A DNA stretch of 63,669 bases, the filler included, from Dimorphilus gyrociliatus (Eukaryota; Animalia; Annelida), in assembly GCA_904063045.1 (NCBI GenBank). It is 3 parts of 3 records of this genome, joined end to end, with 100 filler letters (N's around TTAATTAATTAA, not from the genome) between each part and the next. Parts side by side here need not be neighbours in the genome. Positions count along the whole stretch, not along the records: positions 54,622 to 63,669 come from CAJFCJ010000292.1; 2 more parts are not named here. One strand, given 5' to 3'. This document shows positions 60,040-63,669 of the stretch, piece after piece (position 1 is the first letter of the stretch; every line of letters starts with the position of its first letter). A program made the translations under genes and the position numbers. The notes under the pieces were generated by a model. That model was not told the origin of the DNA. It saw only the letters and a list, made by a program, of their open reading frames with translations, and did no database searches.

Positions 60040-60535
60040 GAAAACTATCTTTCATACAGAGGAGAAATCTTTTCAGGAGAGCAAAAAAATATTACAAGCC
60101 TCTAATCTTGTATCACATATAGCTCTCTCAATGTGCAAGAGTATTTTAAGAAAACAAATCTTCAGAGGCGATGTGGAAAGCAAAAAATTCTTTTTTATTA
60201 AAAAAAAGACATATAACAAATAGGAGAAAGTTTTGTAGAAGACTCCTTTCTTGGGGCACAGATAAAATTAAAACCATTGTTTATTCTGGATAGATTTGTT
60301 TCCATAACCCTGGCAATTTGTCAAAAAGCATCCATCTGATAACTACAGAGCCAAATACTTAATAAAAAAATTAAAAAGGCAAATGGTTCTTCAAACATAT
60401 GAGATTTCATAAAGAGTACCTAAAAATATCTCAAGAGAAGGTAAAGTATTTGCAAGACTGGTCAACCCAGACTTCTGACCTAAATCCTTTCAAAGACTTG
60501 TGGTCATATCTAAAATGAAGGATTTGTAAACATCT
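60040..60535 (+). mobile_element. Highly decayed Tc1-like transposase
   Basis: DWSTQTSDLNPFKDLWSYLK resembles the Tc1 WPSQSPDLNPIENLW motif. Confidence 0.65.
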
Positions 60536-60539
60536 GTAA

Positions 60540-61265
60540 GTGGAAGAAGAATTGCAGAAGAGGTTTTGATAAATCATACAGATGCAAAACATTTACCAAA
60601 AGTAACATCCTGTGTACAAGTTGTCAATTATCATAAGAGAAAAAATCGTCCAAGAGAACCAGATGGTATTAATTTTTTTCTAAACCATACCTTTTTACCT
60701 GACAGATTTCTAAGGAAAGATATAATTGAAAATGGCTTTTGAATTATAATATTTGCAACTAATAAACAAATTGAACTTCTTTCCTCAACTAAAACATGGT
60801 TTCTTGATGGTACTTTTAAACATGCTCATAATCCTTTTATACAAATATTCTCTATTCATGGATTTCTGAAAAAAAATGATGCATTGAAACAAGTACCGCT
60901 ATTAACTGTGTTCATGTCTTCAAAAAAGAAAAAAGCATATAAACTGTTGTTTCAAGTATGATCAAAATTTTTCTGTTTGTCTTTCTAAAATAATTCTTTA
61001 ATTAAATTACTCTTTGTAAATTTTTTAGACAGTTTGTGAATTAACAAATAATCATCAGCCAAAAAGATTTGTAATTGATTTTGAAAAGGCAATTTGGAAA
61101 GCAATTTTGTCTGTTTGGGAAAATGCAGAAATAAGTGGATGTTTATTTCATTGGTCTCAGGCTGTATTTAGAAAAATCAAGGTAGTGATTTTAAATTGAA
61201 CTTTAAATTTTTAAATGTTGAACAAGCAATAGGAGCTTGGCTATAGTAGAGACTACAAAAATAAA
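60540..61265 (+). mobile_element. Mutator transposase core with introns, truncated
   Basis: RPREPDGI, WFLDGTFK, QIFSIHG, VIDFEKAIW, GCLFHWSQAVFRKI. Same intron positions as the 43-kb copy. Confidence 0.9.
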
Positions 61266-61269
61266 AAAG

Positions 61270-61500
61270 GAGAGTGGTATGCAATGAGAATGTACTTTGT
61301 TGTATTGTAATTGTAGGAATCTCAAGCTTATCAAATTTGAATTCGTCCTCACCAATCATTTACCAATGTACCAAAGTACTGGTCCAAATAGAACCTTTCA
61401 AGTTCGTCCACAAGTTGTCTCAACAAATGAAACTTTACAAGAAATTTACCAACAAAACACCAGTATTTCGTTCAAAGAGTATTTATTGAGTAAATGAGTT
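61270..61500 (-). repeat. LTR-like family B end plus adjacent internal sequence
   Basis: actcaataaatactctttgaacgaaatactggtgttttgttg core. The LEIPTITI(Q/H)Q-coding segment is repeated inverted at about 59945-59975. Confidence 0.55.
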
Positions 61501-62918
61501 TCTAGCTCTAAACAAGCAAGTTTTAACACAAAGTTAGCTGTTAGAAAACTGAACTGCCTACCGATAAATTCATAGGCTTTATATACTTTTCCAAAAGTTG
61601 ACAGTTCACAGATAAAAATATCTACACAAAACAAATGTATCATTATGGATAAAAGGAAAGTTCAAATATGGTTCCATATTTGTTAACTTTGCTTTGTTAA
61701 GGAAAACTGTTGTCAATAGGTCAGAAAATTGCATAAGATGTAACAAATTTTTGGTAAATGTTGGATTGGTTCCAACACACAAAAATAGACAGAGGTCATC
61801 ATAATGCTGTTTTTAAATAACACAAATTATTAATAATAATTATTTGTCAAAAGTAAAATATTTGAGTATAAGTCATTGGCAGAGTAAGGTTAATTTCACT
61901 TGACCATTGACAATAGTATTGTGCTTACAATATTTGTTGAAGTGACAATGAACTACACACTTCAAATATATATGAAATAGTGTAAGATACAATTAATGAT
62001 CATTAAATATGATGTGCAAATTAATAAAAACTAGAATTTAAGTTTAGTTGTAAGTATATTCTACAACTACCTTTAAATTGTATAAAAATAGGGTGTGTTG
62101 TACACTTGGCAGGCAGAGTATTGTTAAATACTATTTTCATATTTCTTTTCCATAGGTGAATGGAATGTAACAATTTGGAGTTACGCTATAGATTGTGCAT
62201 ACTTGTAGGTATGTATATGCATATGGTTTACTGAATGTGTACAGAGAATGATGTTAGCACTTCCCTTTCTTCCTGGTAATATCATTCAGCATCAATTTGA
62301 AAAGATTAAAAGAAATTTAACTGTATTAATTTATTAATATTTCGCCTATCAAAATTCGAGGTGTGCCAACATACCTGTCGTTTACTTTATTCCAACCAAA
62401 TACATAGAAAAAAATTATTCAATAGTTTTAACAAGAGACTTAAACTTTACCTCTTCAAAGGGGATGGTCACAGAAAATATTAAAAAGACCTAAAAGTATT
62501 ATTACTATATTTTCATAAAATATGGTTATTATCCATGTATAGATATTGTAAAACAAGGTAAAACCTAAGGTAGGTTTAAAGTAAAATACTTAATAATATA
62601 GAAAGTCACTCATTTTTAACCAACTCCTTTTTTCGAGGTATAATTACTAACACTGGATTTTATCAAAGAAAAGATAATTTCTTGAAAATTTTTCCTGCAG
62701 GACAATAATATCTATATATCAATAATTATTATTATCAATTTAAACTAGTTAATTAATAATATCTTCGTATCTTAAATTTTAAAGAATTTAAAATTTTACA
62801 AGTTGGCCTATACTGTATGTAAAAACAGGATTTGTTACTTAAATTTCATTTATTTGAGCTACAGATAGACAGACAATCTCATAAGAATTTCTTTTACCTT
62901 TGAAACTAAATTTTGGAG

Positions 62919-63669
62919 ATGAAGCCATATTTTTTGATTTTTCTATTTCTAATCAGTGTATTATATGCTGATGACAATGTTGTACAGCCAACTGAGGAAG
63001 GTGAGTACTCTAACTGTTTTTTATCCATCACACCTCTGTGCTGTATATATATGAAGAAGGTAGAGATCATTCTTTACTTACAATTTATATTTCTCTCTCT
63101 TTGTTGATCTTTTTGAAGCACTGAATTCATATCCACATGGAAACTCTACCTAAAGGAAAATGGACAAAAACATGGCGTACAGTTGACTGACTTGTTAAGT
63201 TCAGCTTATTTACCTTACAATTGCTACTTGAGATTGGAATACGAAGTAAGATACCATTTCATTGATATATTAACATAGTTATAATGACTCAATAGTGTTC
63301 GTTGCTGATGGAGAAACAACTGTCTATTGAAGCCAGTATTACCCAGTCCAACAATCTGTCATCTAATACTTTTATTCAGCCATTTATTATGGTTCTCCTG
63401 AAATGCTCAGTTCCTGAAGAGGACGAATGTACATTCCTGAACGAAATGAAAAAAGCCAATGTTCGTAACAAGAACTATTATGTAATTACAAATCTGCAGT
63501 ATATTTTATATCTTTTTATAGATTAGTATTCCTACTCAAATGAGCAAACTCTACTCTGGAAAGTGTGGTTTTGCAGGCATAGATGGCAAGCCATTACTAA
63601 CTTTTACAAAACATGAGCTTAAAAATATGATAGACAATGAAACAAACATTGTGCAATAGTAAGTAATAA
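62919..63669 (+). CDS. 5' exons of an unknown secreted protein, runs off the window
   Basis: MKPYFLIFLFLISVLYADD signal exon, then GT-AG-bounded open exons (TEFISTWKLYLKENGQKHG..., PFIMVLLKCSVPEEDECTF). Confidence 0.55.

Overview
AT-rich eukaryotic (metazoan) genomic DNA with many very short GT-AG introns (about 50-60 nt). By inference it comes from a compact invertebrate genome, probably a lophotrochozoan such as an annelid. Two 100-nt scaffold gaps (N44-TTAATTAATTAA-N44) split the window at 26110-26209 and 54522-54621, so adjacency across them is unproven. The window is a repeat-rich, fast-turnover neighbourhood of receptor, immune and secreted genes. It holds three intact single-exon class A GPCRs and two tandem SRCR-like/LDLa/LRR (GRL101/RXFP-type) GPCRs. 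It also holds an NLR remnant, a ZU5-like + caspase gene, two PAN/apple genes, CBM14-C1q and EGF-collagen-EGF genes, and GDPH (ITIH-C-like) and CLCA remnants. These are mixed with Mutator (PHD-FLYWCH-DDE) elements, Tc1 scraps and telomere-motif MITEs. The standout is a Ty3/Gypsy element at about 18.2-26.1 kb. After a normal LTR-PBS-gag-PR-RT-RH-IN it carries a second complete retropepsin (DTG), an acidic spacer, and a class III-like (rhabdovirus G / herpes gB / chuvirus G type) envelope gene. Remnants of a diverged sister family keep the same second protease (478-714) and the same env with its TM anchor (about 2780-4265), so this layout looks like a conserved lineage trait. All domain calls come from manual translation and motif recognition; no database searches were run.
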